Assembly: GCA_965205655.1 (NCBI GenBank)
Contig: CBDBIJ010000042.1
Coordinates: forward strand, 1 to 64,000
Origin: Candidatus Latescibacterota bacterium
Lineage (GTDB): Bacteria > Latescibacterota > UBA2968 > UBA8231
Reading direction: 5' to 3'
Length of the DNA stretch: 64,000 nt
Notes under the pieces: generated by a model
Seen by the model: only the letters and a program-made list of their open reading frames with translations
What the model was told of the DNA's origin: nothing
Database searches by the model: none
Shown: positions 10,915 through 20,677 of the stretch, piece by piece
Layout: each line of letters starts with the position of its first letter
Position numbering within the stretch: position 1 is the stretch's first letter
Program-made: the position numbers and the translations under genes

Positions 10915-11646
10915 ATGAATGGTCCCGCCATGCGACGTCTTCGAAAACCTTCCCGGCTGTGTATATTCTGTGCATATGCCGGCTTGTTCCTGATGGGCTG
11001 TCTCGAGCTGGTGCGCCGACCGACTGCGGCAAGCGAAACCTCTGGCCCCGAGTGGGACGGCTCGGGGAACTCGCCCGCGGCGAAGGATGTCAAGCAGGAC
11101 ACGGCCGCTGCCTCGAGCGATGGGTCGAGCCCAGGGCGGGACGCCTTCTCAGCCGCGGCAACGGACACACCGCTCAGTGATTCGACAGCGATCGCAGCCT
11201 GGGAACCCCAGTTCGATGAGGCTGCCCTCGCCGCCAGCGCCAGCCGCAGCAGCGACCGGCGTCGGGAGGTCGGGCAGGTGAACGAGTACGCCCTGTGGTG
11301 CATCCAGAATGAGATGTGGGAGGAGGCGAGGCTTCACCTGGAGCGAGCGGTCGCTCGGGACAGCCTCGCCGCCAGCCTGCACAACAATCTGGGTGTCGTC
11401 TACGAGCGGCTCGGCCAGCGAGAGCGGGCGGAGTCGGGCTACGAGCGGGCGCGCCTGCTGCAACCGGAAAAAGGCGCCTACCAGTCCAACCTGGCGCGGC
11501 TCCAGGACCGCAAGAGTGCGGCATCCAGCCCTCCGACAGCCGACGAAGCAGACTCGCTGAAGACGGGACTCGAGATCGAGGAGGAAGAGGTGCTGATCGA
11601 TTCGCTCGGAATTGGGGGTGGACGTCCACCCAGGTCGTATCCATGA
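10915..11646 (+). CDS. TPR-repeat lipoprotein
   Basis: Lipobox-like LMGC; TPR-like ASLHNNLGVVYERLG..A...YERA. Confidence 0.7.
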   Translation: MNGPAMRRLRKPSRLCIFCAYAGLFLMGCLELVRRPTAASETSGPEWDGSGNSPAAKDVKQDTAAASSDGSSPGRDAFSAAATDTPLSDSTAIAAWEPQFDEAALAASASRSSDRRREVGQVNEYALWCIQNEMWEEARLHLERAVARDSLAASLHNNLGVVYERLGQRERAESGYERARLLQPEKGAYQSNLARLQDRKSAASSPPTADEADSLKTGLEIEEEEVLIDSLGIGGGRPPRSYP

Positions 11647-14600
11647 CGATGGTATCGAATATGAGCGCGAGAAAGCGGTCGAGAATCGGATTGGTCTGCC
11701 TCGCCATCGGCGCGATGTGTGCGGACTCGCACGCTCAGGATATCGTTTCCTCCCAGCTGCGTCAGGGGTTCGGCAGGAACAAGGTGCGCTACAAGGATTT
11801 CAACTGGCACTATGTCGAAAGTGAGCACCTGAAGCTCCATTACGAGCCGGAATTCGAGTATCTCGCTGACCGAGCCGTGAGATACCTCGAGGAGGGCTAC
11901 GATCATATCAGCGGCCTCATGCGGCACGAGCTGTCGACGAAGCCGCCAATCGTCATCTTCAAGTCCCACTACGAGTTCCAGCAGACGAACATTATCCAGT
12001 CGTTCCTGCCTCCGGGGGTAGCCGGGTTCGCGGAGCCGCTGCGCTACCGCATGGTCATACCCTTCAACGGCGACCTGAACGATTTCCGCAATGTGCTCGT
12101 CCACGAACTCATGCACATCTTTCAGTACGACATCATCAACCGCGGACCCATGAAGCGCATCACCAACCCGGTGGCCCGACCGCCGACGTGGATCATGGAG
12201 GGCCTCGCCGAGTACGGCACCGAGGAGATGAACTCCATCGACGAAATGGTGCTCCGGGACGCCGTGCTCACCGACCAGCTTATTCCGCTCGAGATCATGG
12301 ACTCGAGCTGGGACTACCTGCCCAACCCGTTTCTGGCCTACAAGCAGAGCCACAGCATCATGGAGTACATCGCCGAGCGCCACGGCCCCGAGAAGATGAG
12401 CCGGTTATTGCGCGTGTGGGACCCCCAAACAGATACGGACAAGCTGCTCAAGAGGCTCATCGACTCCGACATGAGTACCCTCGATGAGCAGTGGCAGGCC
12501 CACATGCGCAAGAGCTACTGGCCCCTGCTCCAGGATCGGGATTATGTCTCCGAGTTCGCCACCCGGGTGGTGGAGGACGATGACATTTACATCTCCTACG
12601 CTTCCCCGAAATGGTCACTGAGCGGGGACATGCTCGCCGTGCTGTCGACCGATGGCGTCGAACGACACGTTGACGTCATTCGGCTCCGCAACGGCAACCT
12701 GGTGGAGCGAGTTACCGTGGGCATGCGTACCGTCGAGTTCGACGACCTGACTTTTGGGCCGGGGACCGTGGCCTGGGCCGGCGACGGTCGCACCATCTCT
12801 TTCGTGGCCAAGAAGGGCCCGAAAGATGTGCTCCTGTTGTGGGATCTGTACGACAAGACGCTGGTGAAGACGATGATCTTCGAGGAACTCGAGATCATCG
12901 AATCGCTCGACTGGTCACCCGATGGACAACGGCTCGCCTTCGTCGGCACTGGATTCGGGCAGAGCGATATATACGTCGTCGACGTCGCCACCGGAGATCT
13001 CACCCAGATCACCGGAACCCCTCAACGCGACGACTACCCGGCGTTCTCGCCCGATGGTTCGAAAATCGCCTACAGCGCCAAGCGCGGCGGTCAGTTCGAC
13101 ATCAGGATCTACGATGAGCTCACCGGCAGGAGCACAACCGTGCTCGCAAGCCCGACGGACGACTTGTGGCCCCTGTGGCTGCCGGAGGGAAACAAGATTC
13201 TCTTCGTCTCTACCCGCGAGGGCATCAACGATCTGTTCGTCTTTCATCTCGAAACCGGGGAGGAGTACCGTCTCACCCGCACGGTGAGTGGCGTCATGAG
13301 CCCCGCCCTGTCACCGGACGGCTCCCAGATCGTATTGGCGACCTACTACCACAGCCGGCGAGAGCTCTATCGCATTGACATGCCGAGCTGGCCCGAAGTC
13401 ATCCGGCACAGCGACGTGCTGGCATCCCGGGTCGTGGACGGCCCGCGACGCGCGGCTGGGGCCACCAGTAGCGCGGACTCGAGCCGCGGCGTGGCGGCGC
13501 TGACCGAAGTCTCGGCGCCCGCCGGTCTGGCTGACGCCGTGTCCCTCGCCGAGCAGTCGAGCCGTGGCCGCACCGATGCCGTGAAACTCGCTGAAATGAG
13601 TGCGGACTTCGCAACTGCAAGCGATGGCTCCCAGACCCCACAGAAGCCTGACCCGCTGACCCTGGATCTAGAGGAGGGCCCGGCGGACCTCAAGGCCAGA
13701 GTTCCGATCTTGAAATCGGATGAAGACAAGAACTCGATCAAGGGACTCACGGTGAGGCGATACACCCCGCAATTGGAGTTCGACGGCGTCGCTTTTCAAA
13801 TGGGGTATTACAACGGGTTTCTATCCGGAATCGCCCAGCTGAGTATGAGCGATCTTTTGGGCAATCACTCGCTCGTCATGTTCACCGATTATGTCGGCTC
13901 CCAGGAGATCAGCAACGACCTCACCTTCGCGCTCGGCTACAACTACTACGGACGGCGGCCCAGCTACAGCGCCATGATCTTCAACTGGAATCAGTACTTC
14001 AACGACCCAGAGGGACGGAATTACCTGTACCGGGGCCGCGCAGTCCGCGGCCTCGTGCGCAGCCGGCAAGGTGGCATGCTCACCGACGTCACCTATCCTC
14101 TCGACGTCTACCGGCGCCTCGAGCTGAGCTACACCTTCGTGGACGAAGAGCGCGAGATCGCCTGGCCGACGCGCGAGCCGATCAAAAGCTTCAGCACCCA
14201 CCTGTTCAAGTTCGCCTACGTGCACGACTCCCTCAACAACGGCCTCCTCGGCCCCACCGCCGGCCGCAAGTACTACCTGTCCGTGGGTCGAACACTCTCG
14301 CTGTCCGAAGGGGATCGCTCCTTTTCTCACCTCGAGGTCGACTACCGCCACTACCTGCGCCTGGGCCGCTGGTCCGTGCTCGGCTTGCGGGGTGTCGGCA
14401 TTGGATCCCTCGGGCCGGACGGACTGACGTACAACCTCGGCGGGCCGGCGTGGTTCATCCCGTTCTTTCCCGGCTACAACCTGAATGTCGGACCGCTGCG
14501 CGGCTACCCGTTTTCCGAGTTTACTGGCTCCCGGGTGTTCCTGATAAACAGCGAGATCCGCGTGCCCTTCATCCGCAACATCACCTTCGGCTGGCCAGGC

Positions 14601-14867
14601 ACCTTCTCCATTCCCGCCGTGGATGGCAGCTTCTTTTTCGATGTGGGCGGCACCTGGGATGAGGATGAGTCGCTCGAATTGTGGCCGCTCCACCGCCCCG
14701 TCGACGTTCCCGACCAAGCCGGTGAGACCCGGCGGTTGCGCGCCGGGATGGGGTTCGGGCTCCTTGTCTATTTCCTCGCCCCTCTCAACTTCGAGTTTGC
14801 CAGACAGACGGATTTGAGAGAGTACTCCGACTGGCGCATGCATTTCAGTTTCGGTAAGAGCTTCTGA
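11643..14867 (+). CDS. Metallopeptidase + TolB/PD40 beta-propeller + Omp85-type barrel outer-membrane protein
   Basis: HELMH..WIMEGLAEY zincin motif; WSPDG/FSPDG repeats; LRGY..F.G and terminal FSFGKSF; start at ATG 11643 overlapping the previous stop. Confidence 0.82.
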   Translation: MTMVSNMSARKRSRIGLVCLAIGAMCADSHAQDIVSSQLRQGFGRNKVRYKDFNWHYVESEHLKLHYEPEFEYLADRAVRYLEEGYDHISGLMRHELSTKPPIVIFKSHYEFQQTNIIQSFLPPGVAGFAEPLRYRMVIPFNGDLNDFRNVLVHELMHIFQYDIINRGPMKRITNPVARPPTWIMEGLAEYGTEEMNSIDEMVLRDAVLTDQLIPLEIMDSSWDYLPNPFLAYKQSHSIMEYIAERHGPEKMSRLLRVWDPQTDTDKLLKRLIDSDMSTLDEQWQAHMRKSYWPLLQDRDYVSEFATRVVEDDDIYISYASPKWSLSGDMLAVLSTDGVERHVDVIRLRNGNLVERVTVGMRTVEFDDLTFGPGTVAWAGDGRTISFVAKKGPKDVLLLWDLYDKTLVKTMIFEELEIIESLDWSPDGQRLAFVGTGFGQSDIYVVDVATGDLTQITGTPQRDDYPAFSPDGSKIAYSAKRGGQFDIRIYDELTGRSTTVLASPTDDLWPLWLPEGNKILFVSTREGINDLFVFHLETGEEYRLTRTVSGVMSPALSPDGSQIVLATYYHSRRELYRIDMPSWPEVIRHSDVLASRVVDGPRRAAGATSSADSSRGVAALTEVSAPAGLADAVSLAEQSSRGRTDAVKLAEMSADFATASDGSQTPQKPDPLTLDLEEGPADLKARVPILKSDEDKNSIKGLTVRRYTPQLEFDGVAFQMGYYNGFLSGIAQLSMSDLLGNHSLVMFTDYVGSQEISNDLTFALGYNYYGRRPSYSAMIFNWNQYFNDPEGRNYLYRGRAVRGLVRSRQGGMLTDVTYPLDVYRRLELSYTFVDEEREIAWPTREPIKSFSTHLFKFAYVHDSLNNGLLGPTAGRKYYLSVGRTLSLSEGDRSFSHLEVDYRHYLRLGRWSVLGLRGVGIGSLGPDGLTYNLGGPAWFIPFFPGYNLNVGPLRGYPFSEFTGSRVFLINSEIRVPFIRNITFGWPGTFSIPAVDGSFFFDVGGTWDEDESLELWPLHRPVDVPDQAGETRRLRAGMGFGLLVYFLAPLNFEFARQTDLREYSDWRMHFSFGKSF

Positions 14868-14905
14868 ACCCTTCAGCCAACCAGACGCTTCGGGTCTTCA
14901 GCTGG

Positions 14906-15622
14906 GTGGGTCCGTTGTGCACCGCACTCGCTCTCGGGTGTGCGAGCACGGAGGGCCCGTTCGAGCTCGTTCGCTTCAAGGCGCCCGCTTATCCCGATCC
15001 CGAGCTCAAACCTATTCTGGAAAACGCCGAGTCGATCGGCGTCCTCTCCGATACGAACATCGAGCCGGTTCAGGGGCTCGACATGGAGAAGGTGATGGGC
15101 AGACTCACCGACGCCACGGCCCGCGGACTGGAGAATCTCCCGGATACTCGTATCGTCACCCAGGACGAAATCCGCTGGCATTTCAGGCAGGCGAGGTCCG
15201 ACTCGGCGAGTGTCCTGATCGCGGACAGCCTCTTTTCACGGGCAAGCGTTCTCGAGGACTCGACCCAGGAAATTCTGAGGGAGCGGATGGAAATTGACGC
15301 CCTCGTATACGTATCTCTGAAGGGGTTTGAGGCCCAGATGACGCCCATGTCGCCCAGTCCCTATGGCATCATGCCGAGTCCGGGCATGAACGTCTCCGTC
15401 GACCTCGAGCTCATGCTCATCAATCTGACCACCGGCCAGTCGTGGAGCCAGACCAGACAGCGCAACAACTGGCAGCCGGTTCAGCTGCAGCTGTTCGGCG
15501 GCGGCGATCGCACCGAGCGTCAGCTGCTCGCAGCGCTCGCACAGCCGCTCAGGCAGTTCCTCGTGCGCGTCGCTCCCCCACCGACGATGCAGGGGCGCCA
15601 CTTCGACCTGAGCGGCGACTGA
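14906..15622 (+). CDS. Hypothetical lipoprotein
   Basis: ALALGC lipobox; coherent 238-aa ORF; in-frame CTG at 14864 overlapping the upstream stop is an alternative start. Confidence 0.65.
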   Translation: MGPLCTALALGCASTEGPFELVRFKAPAYPDPELKPILENAESIGVLSDTNIEPVQGLDMEKVMGRLTDATARGLENLPDTRIVTQDEIRWHFRQARSDSASVLIADSLFSRASVLEDSTQEILRERMEIDALVYVSLKGFEAQMTPMSPSPYGIMPSPGMNVSVDLELMLINLTTGQSWSQTRQRNNWQPVQLQLFGGGDRTERQLLAALAQPLRQFLVRVAPPPTMQGRHFDLSGD

Positions 15623-15635
15623 ATTTCCCGCAAAC

Positions 15636-15670
15636 AAAAAGCGGATGACCCGTGGGCCACCCGCTTTCTT
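15636..15670 (-). terminator. Intrinsic terminator between convergent genes (possibly bidirectional)
   Basis: Minus strand GCGGGTGGCCC-AC-GGGTCATCCGC followed by TTTTTGTTT; plus strand ends in TTTCTT. Confidence 0.8.
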
Positions 15671-15689
15671 GATCCGTTGTATCTCTCTC

Positions 15690-16376
15690 TTAACGTCTGC
15701 GTTTCTTCGGCTTTGTGCTCGACTTCGGCTTCGAAGTGGCTTTTCCAGCACTGGAGCCGGAGGAACTCCCCGAGGGACTGTCGTTCGACACCGTGCTGCG
15801 AGGCGGTACGGTCGGCGCCCGTCGTACTCGTTTCTCGGAGCGCCGTTTCCAAACGTCCCGCTTCTGGTCGACAATGCTAGAAGCCGGGACTGGATCGACT
15901 CCGGTATTGACTGTCGGAGTAAACGACGGAAGCGCATTGTCGGCTGCCCGTAGTCTGTTTAGCTCATCCGACGTGACCAGCTCATATCCCGGTGGAATGT
16001 AGACTCCTCCGTCTCCCTGGTAGTACGGATCGTAGCCGTAAGGACCGGAGCGGGAGGAATAGGGGCTGTATCCGGAGCCATAGCCCCCGAAACCCCCGTA
16101 TCGAGAGTCATAGCCGAAGATGGGGAACCCCCCGCCTTGGCCGTATGCCCCGGCGCCGTATCCCCCGTAGGGATCGACGAATCCGCTATCGCGATCATCG
16201 AATCTGCCAACTCTTGGTGACAGGTAGTCGTCCTGTCGCTGGTCCTCTCGAACGTACCGAGACGAACCCTCGTCGAAATCAGAAGAGTAGGGCGCCTTAA
16301 GCACTGTGTAGCAACCACTTAGAACCATACCTGACATCCCCAACATCGGAACCAATCGGGCATATCTGGCACTCAT
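15690..16376 (-). CDS. Hypothetical lipoprotein with Gly/Tyr-rich low-complexity region and basic tail
   Basis: LSGC lipobox, GGAGG SD upstream, GYG/YG repeats, C-terminal KKRRR. Confidence 0.7.
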   Translation of the reverse strand: MSARYARLVPMLGMSGMVLSGCYTVLKAPYSSDFDEGSSRYVREDQRQDDYLSPRVGRFDDRDSGFVDPYGGYGAGAYGQGGGFPIFGYDSRYGGFGGYGSGYSPYSSRSGPYGYDPYYQGDGGVYIPPGYELVTSDELNRLRAADNALPSFTPTVNTGVDPVPASSIVDQKRDVWKRRSEKRVRRAPTVPPRSTVSNDSPSGSSSGSSAGKATSKPKSSTKPKKRRR

Positions 16377-16437
16377 GTCATCGCCTCCTCTTTCTGCACC
16401 TGCTTCGCTACTTGCCAGACCGGCTTCCCGTCTTGGT

Positions 16438-16467
16438 AATATACAGTTGGGACGGATGGCAGTTCAA
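16438..16467 (-). promoter_or_regulatory. Putative sigma70 promoter
   Basis: Minus strand TTGAAC-N18-TATATT upstream of the 16376 start. Confidence 0.5.
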
Positions 16468-16475
16468 GGGCTCCT

Positions 16476-17792
16476 CTAAAAGCGGTAGGTCATCCCGACC
16501 GCCAGCCTGTTGACAGTGTTCTGCTCGATTAGGGGACCCTCGGATTGCTCAGAGGTTCCACGCGTCCACGCGATATTCATCCGCACGACCTCCTCCAACA
16601 TCAACCCCGCTCCTAGAGTGAGATACCGCCAATCCTGCTCGATTTCGATTCTCGGGTTGTCGGCGCTTTCACTCGCCCTTGGATCTCGCGGTCCTACGAA
16701 AGGTATTGGATCGGTGTAGTAACCAGCCCGCAGGTCTATAGCGACAACGGGAACCCGCCACTCCAGCCCGAAATGATAACGAGCCACATCTCGGTACTGG
16801 TCCTCGAAGGATGCGTTAGCGCGGAATTCTTCCTCATCTATGTCCGAGTACTCACTCTGCGACCACTCGGCGAAATGGGCGGCGCCCGACAGCAGCAAAC
16901 TCGGCGTCGGGCGGTAGGAAAGTCCGATTCCGATTTCAAGAGGCAGGCTGATCTTGTAGCTGTCAGAATCGGACACACTGCGGATCTCCGAGACAAACCC
17001 GTCATCATATTCCACAACAGAATAGGATGTATCACTGGCGACGCCCTGAAATCGATACTCAACCTTGTGCGTCCTGCCTGTCGACAACGCAACTCCGACG
17101 CGTAGGCGTGGGTCGTTTCGAGGGGTCCGAACGAGCAGGCCGAGGGTCGCGTTATAAGTGGTGCTGAAGTCGTCGGAGAAGGTGTCTCTCGCTACCAGGC
17201 GCCGATAGTCCTTGATGTCCTCCGTGTCTGTCCAGGTTAACTCCTGTAAGTTCTCGTCCTCGCCGGACAGGATATTCAGAGCCAGTCCCAGTGATACCGA
17301 TGGTGAGACATCCACGGCCCCTGCTAGCGTCGTTGCCGCAAGTTCACCTTCATGCGAGAAGGAGTTCTCGAAATCTAGACTGTCGGCTGAGCTGAACCCC
17401 GTTTCGCGAACGATGGAATCGAAATTCTTGACGCTGTTGAATCCAGCGGCGAAAACGAGTCTTCCCCGATAAACAGGGTATGGATATACGAATCCCATCG
17501 ATCCGAACCGAGTATTGCTGAGATTGCTTCCAACGGTCTCGCGGCCTGAGTTCGCCTCATTGTCGAAACTATTTCGCTGAAACGCGACATATACTTCGCG
17601 ATCAGTTAACTGCGCCAGACCGGCAGGATTCCAGAAAACGGCTGTAAAATCGTCCGCGACACCGACATAAGCCCCACCCATTCCCATTGCACGGACGCCG
17701 ACTCCGGCAAAATTGTCAATGAGTCGTTCCTGTGCTGACAGACTGGCTCCGCAGATCCCCAGCACCGCTGCAACGCGCCAGACCACGACCAT
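16476..17792 (-). CDS. OmpP1/FadL-family outer-membrane beta-barrel
   Basis: GVRAMGMGGAYVGVADDFTAVFWNPAGLA signature; terminal YRF. Confidence 0.85.
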   Translation of the reverse strand: MVVVWRVAAVLGICGASLSAQERLIDNFAGVGVRAMGMGGAYVGVADDFTAVFWNPAGLAQLTDREVYVAFQRNSFDNEANSGRETVGSNLSNTRFGSMGFVYPYPVYRGRLVFAAGFNSVKNFDSIVRETGFSSADSLDFENSFSHEGELAATTLAGAVDVSPSVSLGLALNILSGEDENLQELTWTDTEDIKDYRRLVARDTFSDDFSTTYNATLGLLVRTPRNDPRLRVGVALSTGRTHKVEYRFQGVASDTSYSVVEYDDGFVSEIRSVSDSDSYKISLPLEIGIGLSYRPTPSLLLSGAAHFAEWSQSEYSDIDEEEFRANASFEDQYRDVARYHFGLEWRVPVVAIDLRAGYYTDPIPFVGPRDPRASESADNPRIEIEQDWRYLTLGAGLMLEEVVRMNIAWTRGTSEQSEGPLIEQNTVNRLAVGMTYRF

Positions 17793-18604
17793 CAGAACTC
17801 CTCCGTGTAGCGCAGCGAGACCTCGCGACTCATGTCGGGGTCCGGCCCTCCCTTGAGGCCGGTCTCGTCGCCGTTGCCAAGGATGTTTTTGAGCAGGAAG
17901 CCGACGCTGACATTGGGCACGGCAGACCAGTAGACGGCCGCGTTCAGGAACCCCTTGCCGGAGCCCAGCGCCTCGTCGTCGTTGTCGTTGAGGGCGAAGT
18001 CGTATTCCCCCACGACGACGAACTCTTCGTTGATGCTCTTGTCGACGCCGGCCCAGCCGCTCGGGTCGCCGTCATCGTCGTTCTCCCGCGTCAGGTTGGC
18101 GCCGACGTGAACGCCGAACTGGCCGAAAACCGAGGTGTAATTCTTGCTCGCTGCCACGAACAGTCCCTTCGACTTAACCTGGTAGCGGCCGTCGTGGTAG
18201 GCGCCGTACCCCTGCGTTTCATAACCCACGGTCGCTGCCGGCAGTCCGCTGCTTTCCTCGACTACCCGATACCGGATGGCGGCCTCGACTCGGGGATAGG
18301 GGTCGATGGCGTCGTCGCCGATGATGCTCTCTGCGCCGAACGACAGGCCGATGCTGACGCGGCGCAGAACACCAGCACTGAGTTGACCGATCAGCCCGCC
18401 CTCGGGGAAGAGCCTCAGGTTCATACCGAAACGCCCCCTGTCGACGAGCCCCGCTGTGGGACTGTCGATGAGGCGAAAGGGTTCCATTCCCTGCTGCGCC
18501 GCAACGGGAAATGAGGCCCACACGGCGAGCGTGGCCGTGGCCGTGCACAGGCGACGCTGAAACCGCGACTTCGAAGACCGTTCAATCATCTGGCCCAATC
18601 CCAA
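17792..18604 (-). CDS. Putative outer-membrane protein (YjbH-like)
   Basis: Signal peptide, LIDSPTAG motif, amphipathic strands, terminal F. Confidence 0.6.
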   Translation of the reverse strand: MGLGQMIERSSKSRFQRRLCTATATLAVWASFPVAAQQGMEPFRLIDSPTAGLVDRGRFGMNLRLFPEGGLIGQLSAGVLRRVSIGLSFGAESIIGDDAIDPYPRVEAAIRYRVVEESSGLPAATVGYETQGYGAYHDGRYQVKSKGLFVAASKNYTSVFGQFGVHVGANLTRENDDDGDPSGWAGVDKSINEEFVVVGEYDFALNDNDDEALGSGKGFLNAAVYWSAVPNVSVGFLLKNILGNGDETGLKGGPDPDMSREVSLRYTEEF

Positions 18605-19087
18605 TCAGACCCCCTTTCCTGTGTCTTGAACATTCGCCTGCTGCCAATCCTTGGCCGCCAGATGTTGCCAGACGATTTCTCGCCGATCTTCGGATCTGTA
18701 GGTGAGCCTTACGTCCCATCGAGGCAGGGGCAGGGCCTGCTCCACCCGGTCGGCCCATTCGATGAGGCAGAGCGTATCTGCTTCCATGAGCTCCTCCGGC
18801 CCCAGATCGCCGAATTCGGCGAGTCCGCGCAGCCGGTACAGATCGAGGTGATGAATCGGGAGTGGTCGCCCACCCCAGCGCCCGTTGTAGTGATTGATGA
18901 GAACGAAGGTCGGACTGTTTACCACATCGTCGACTGCGAGGGCTGCGCAGATCCCCTGGATGAGGCATGTCTTGCCCGCCCCCAGGTCACCGATACAACC
19001 GACCACGTCACCCGGTTTCAGCAGTTGGGCAAGCTCAGCCCCCAGCGACTGCGTTTCCGCTGCGGAGCTCGTGATCACCCTCCTCAC
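18605..19087 (-). CDS. tsaE: tRNA t6A biosynthesis ATPase TsaE
   Basis: GDLGAGKT, VNSPTF, HLDLYRL, LIEWAD. Confidence 0.95.
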   Translation of the reverse strand: MRRVITSSAAETQSLGAELAQLLKPGDVVGCIGDLGAGKTCLIQGICAALAVDDVVNSPTFVLINHYNGRWGGRPLPIHHLDLYRLRGLAEFGDLGPEELMEADTLCLIEWADRVEQALPLPRWDVRLTYRSEDRREIVWQHLAAKDWQQANVQDTGKGV

Positions 19088-20643
19088 CGCGGTTCCAGCG
19101 TCACCAGCGGCAGGATCATTTCCTCCATCGAGATGCCACCGTGCTGGAAGCTGTCCTTGTACTGGCGCTGATATTCGTTGAAGTTGGTGGGATAGACGAA
19201 ATAAAAGTCTTCCTTGGCGACGATGTAGTTCGAGCCGACGCCGCCCGAGGGCAGCCCGTACTCCTCGGGATCGCTGATGAACAACGCCTCCTTAGCCTCG
19301 CAGCGCAGGTTGCGGCCGTGCTTGTAGCGCAGACTGGTCGATGTCTTCCGATCGCCGTGGACCATGCTTGCCCGCGTCCCTCTGATGGCGCCGTGGTCGG
19401 TAGTGAGCACGACGACGGCGTCGGTCCTGGCGATCTTCTTGAGCGTCTCGAACAGCGACGAGTGCTCGAACCACGAGTGCACGAGTGAGCGAAACCCTCC
19501 CTCGTCGGGAGCGATCTCGCGCAACAGGGTAGACTGCGAGCGCCCGTGGACGAGCATGTCGAGGAAGTTGTAAACGGCGCACACGAGAGGAACGGATGAG
19601 AGAGAATCCACCTTGCGCGTCAGCGCTTCGCCTTCCGAGGTGTTCAGGACCTTGACGTAGTGCGAGTCGCCCTTCAGCTGGACGCCGATATCGGCGATCT
19701 GGTCCCTGATATACTGATGCTCGTTGCGATTGAGGCTGTGATCCTCGTCGCCTCCAAATTTTTGATCCTTGTACTTGGCGGCAAGCTCCGCTGGAAACAG
19801 GCCGCTGAAGATGGCGTTGCGAGAAAAGGGCGTCGCCGTGGGCAGGATGGAGTAGTGATACGACCTGCTGACGTTGAAGAACTCGGAGACGAGCGGTTCG
19901 AGCATCATCCAGTGATCGAGCCTGAGACAATCGACGACGATGAAGAACACCCTGGAGCCCGCCTGCAGGTGGGGCACGACTGACTCGGAGACGACGTCGA
20001 CCGACAGGGGTGGCGAATCGTCCTCACTGCGGAGCCAGGTGGCGTAGTTGCGTTCCACGAAGCGGCTGAACTCGTGGTCGCACTCCTTTTTCTGATCTTC
20101 GATCATCTGGATCAGGCTGCCGTCGCCGAGCCCGCTGATCTCGATGTCCCATTCGCACAGGAGCCGGTGGGTATCGATCCACGTCTGCCAGGTCATTTCA
20201 CCGGCGAGCCAGTCCCGAATCTGACTCGCTCGTGAGACGTAGGCGGGGCCGGCCTGGCTCTGCCGAATGTGCCTGCTGTCCAGGATCTTCTTACAGGCCA
20301 TGAAAATCTGACTCGGGTTAACCGGTTTCGTGAGGTAATCGTCTATGCGCTTGCCGATCGCCTCGTTCATGAGGTGCTCTTCCTCATTCTTCGTGATCAT
20401 GATCACGGGCACATTGGGATCGTGCTGCTTGAGCTGCTCCAGAGTAGCTAGGCCATCCAGGCCCGGCATCATCTCGTCCAGCAGGACGATGTCGAAGCGC
20501 TCCTTCTGCGCCATGGCGATGGCGTCTTCACCGTTGCTCACCGGCGTCACCTCGTACCCCCGCTCGTTGAGGTAAACGTGGTGTGACCGTAGCAGGTCGA
20601 TCTCATCGTCAGCCCATAAGACTCGTCTCGTCTGTGTCTCCAT
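19084..20643 (-). CDS. porX: PorX-like response regulator (receiver + PglZ/alkaline phosphatase domain)
   Basis: LWADDEIDLL, LLDEMMPG, TKPVNP, SILPTATPFSRNAIFSG, TTDHG, FQHGGISMEEM; adjacent to tsaE. Confidence 0.88.
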   Translation of the reverse strand: METQTRRVLWADDEIDLLRSHHVYLNERGYEVTPVSNGEDAIAMAQKERFDIVLLDEMMPGLDGLATLEQLKQHDPNVPVIMITKNEEEHLMNEAIGKRIDDYLTKPVNPSQIFMACKKILDSRHIRQSQAGPAYVSRASQIRDWLAGEMTWQTWIDTHRLLCEWDIEISGLGDGSLIQMIEDQKKECDHEFSRFVERNYATWLRSEDDSPPLSVDVVSESVVPHLQAGSRVFFIVVDCLRLDHWMMLEPLVSEFFNVSRSYHYSILPTATPFSRNAIFSGLFPAELAAKYKDQKFGGDEDHSLNRNEHQYIRDQIADIGVQLKGDSHYVKVLNTSEGEALTRKVDSLSSVPLVCAVYNFLDMLVHGRSQSTLLREIAPDEGGFRSLVHSWFEHSSLFETLKKIARTDAVVVLTTDHGAIRGTRASMVHGDRKTSTSLRYKHGRNLRCEAKEALFISDPEEYGLPSGGVGSNYIVAKEDFYFVYPTNFNEYQRQYKDSFQHGGISMEEMILPLVTLEPR

Positions 20644-20677
20644 TTCGCCTCTGATCGTCAGAGCGCTCAGCCGCTCG

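Noticed and set aside
19084..20643. PglZ domain as evidence of a BREX defence system
   Set aside because: It is fused to a receiver domain next to tsaE (PorX architecture), and no brx or pgl partner genes are present.
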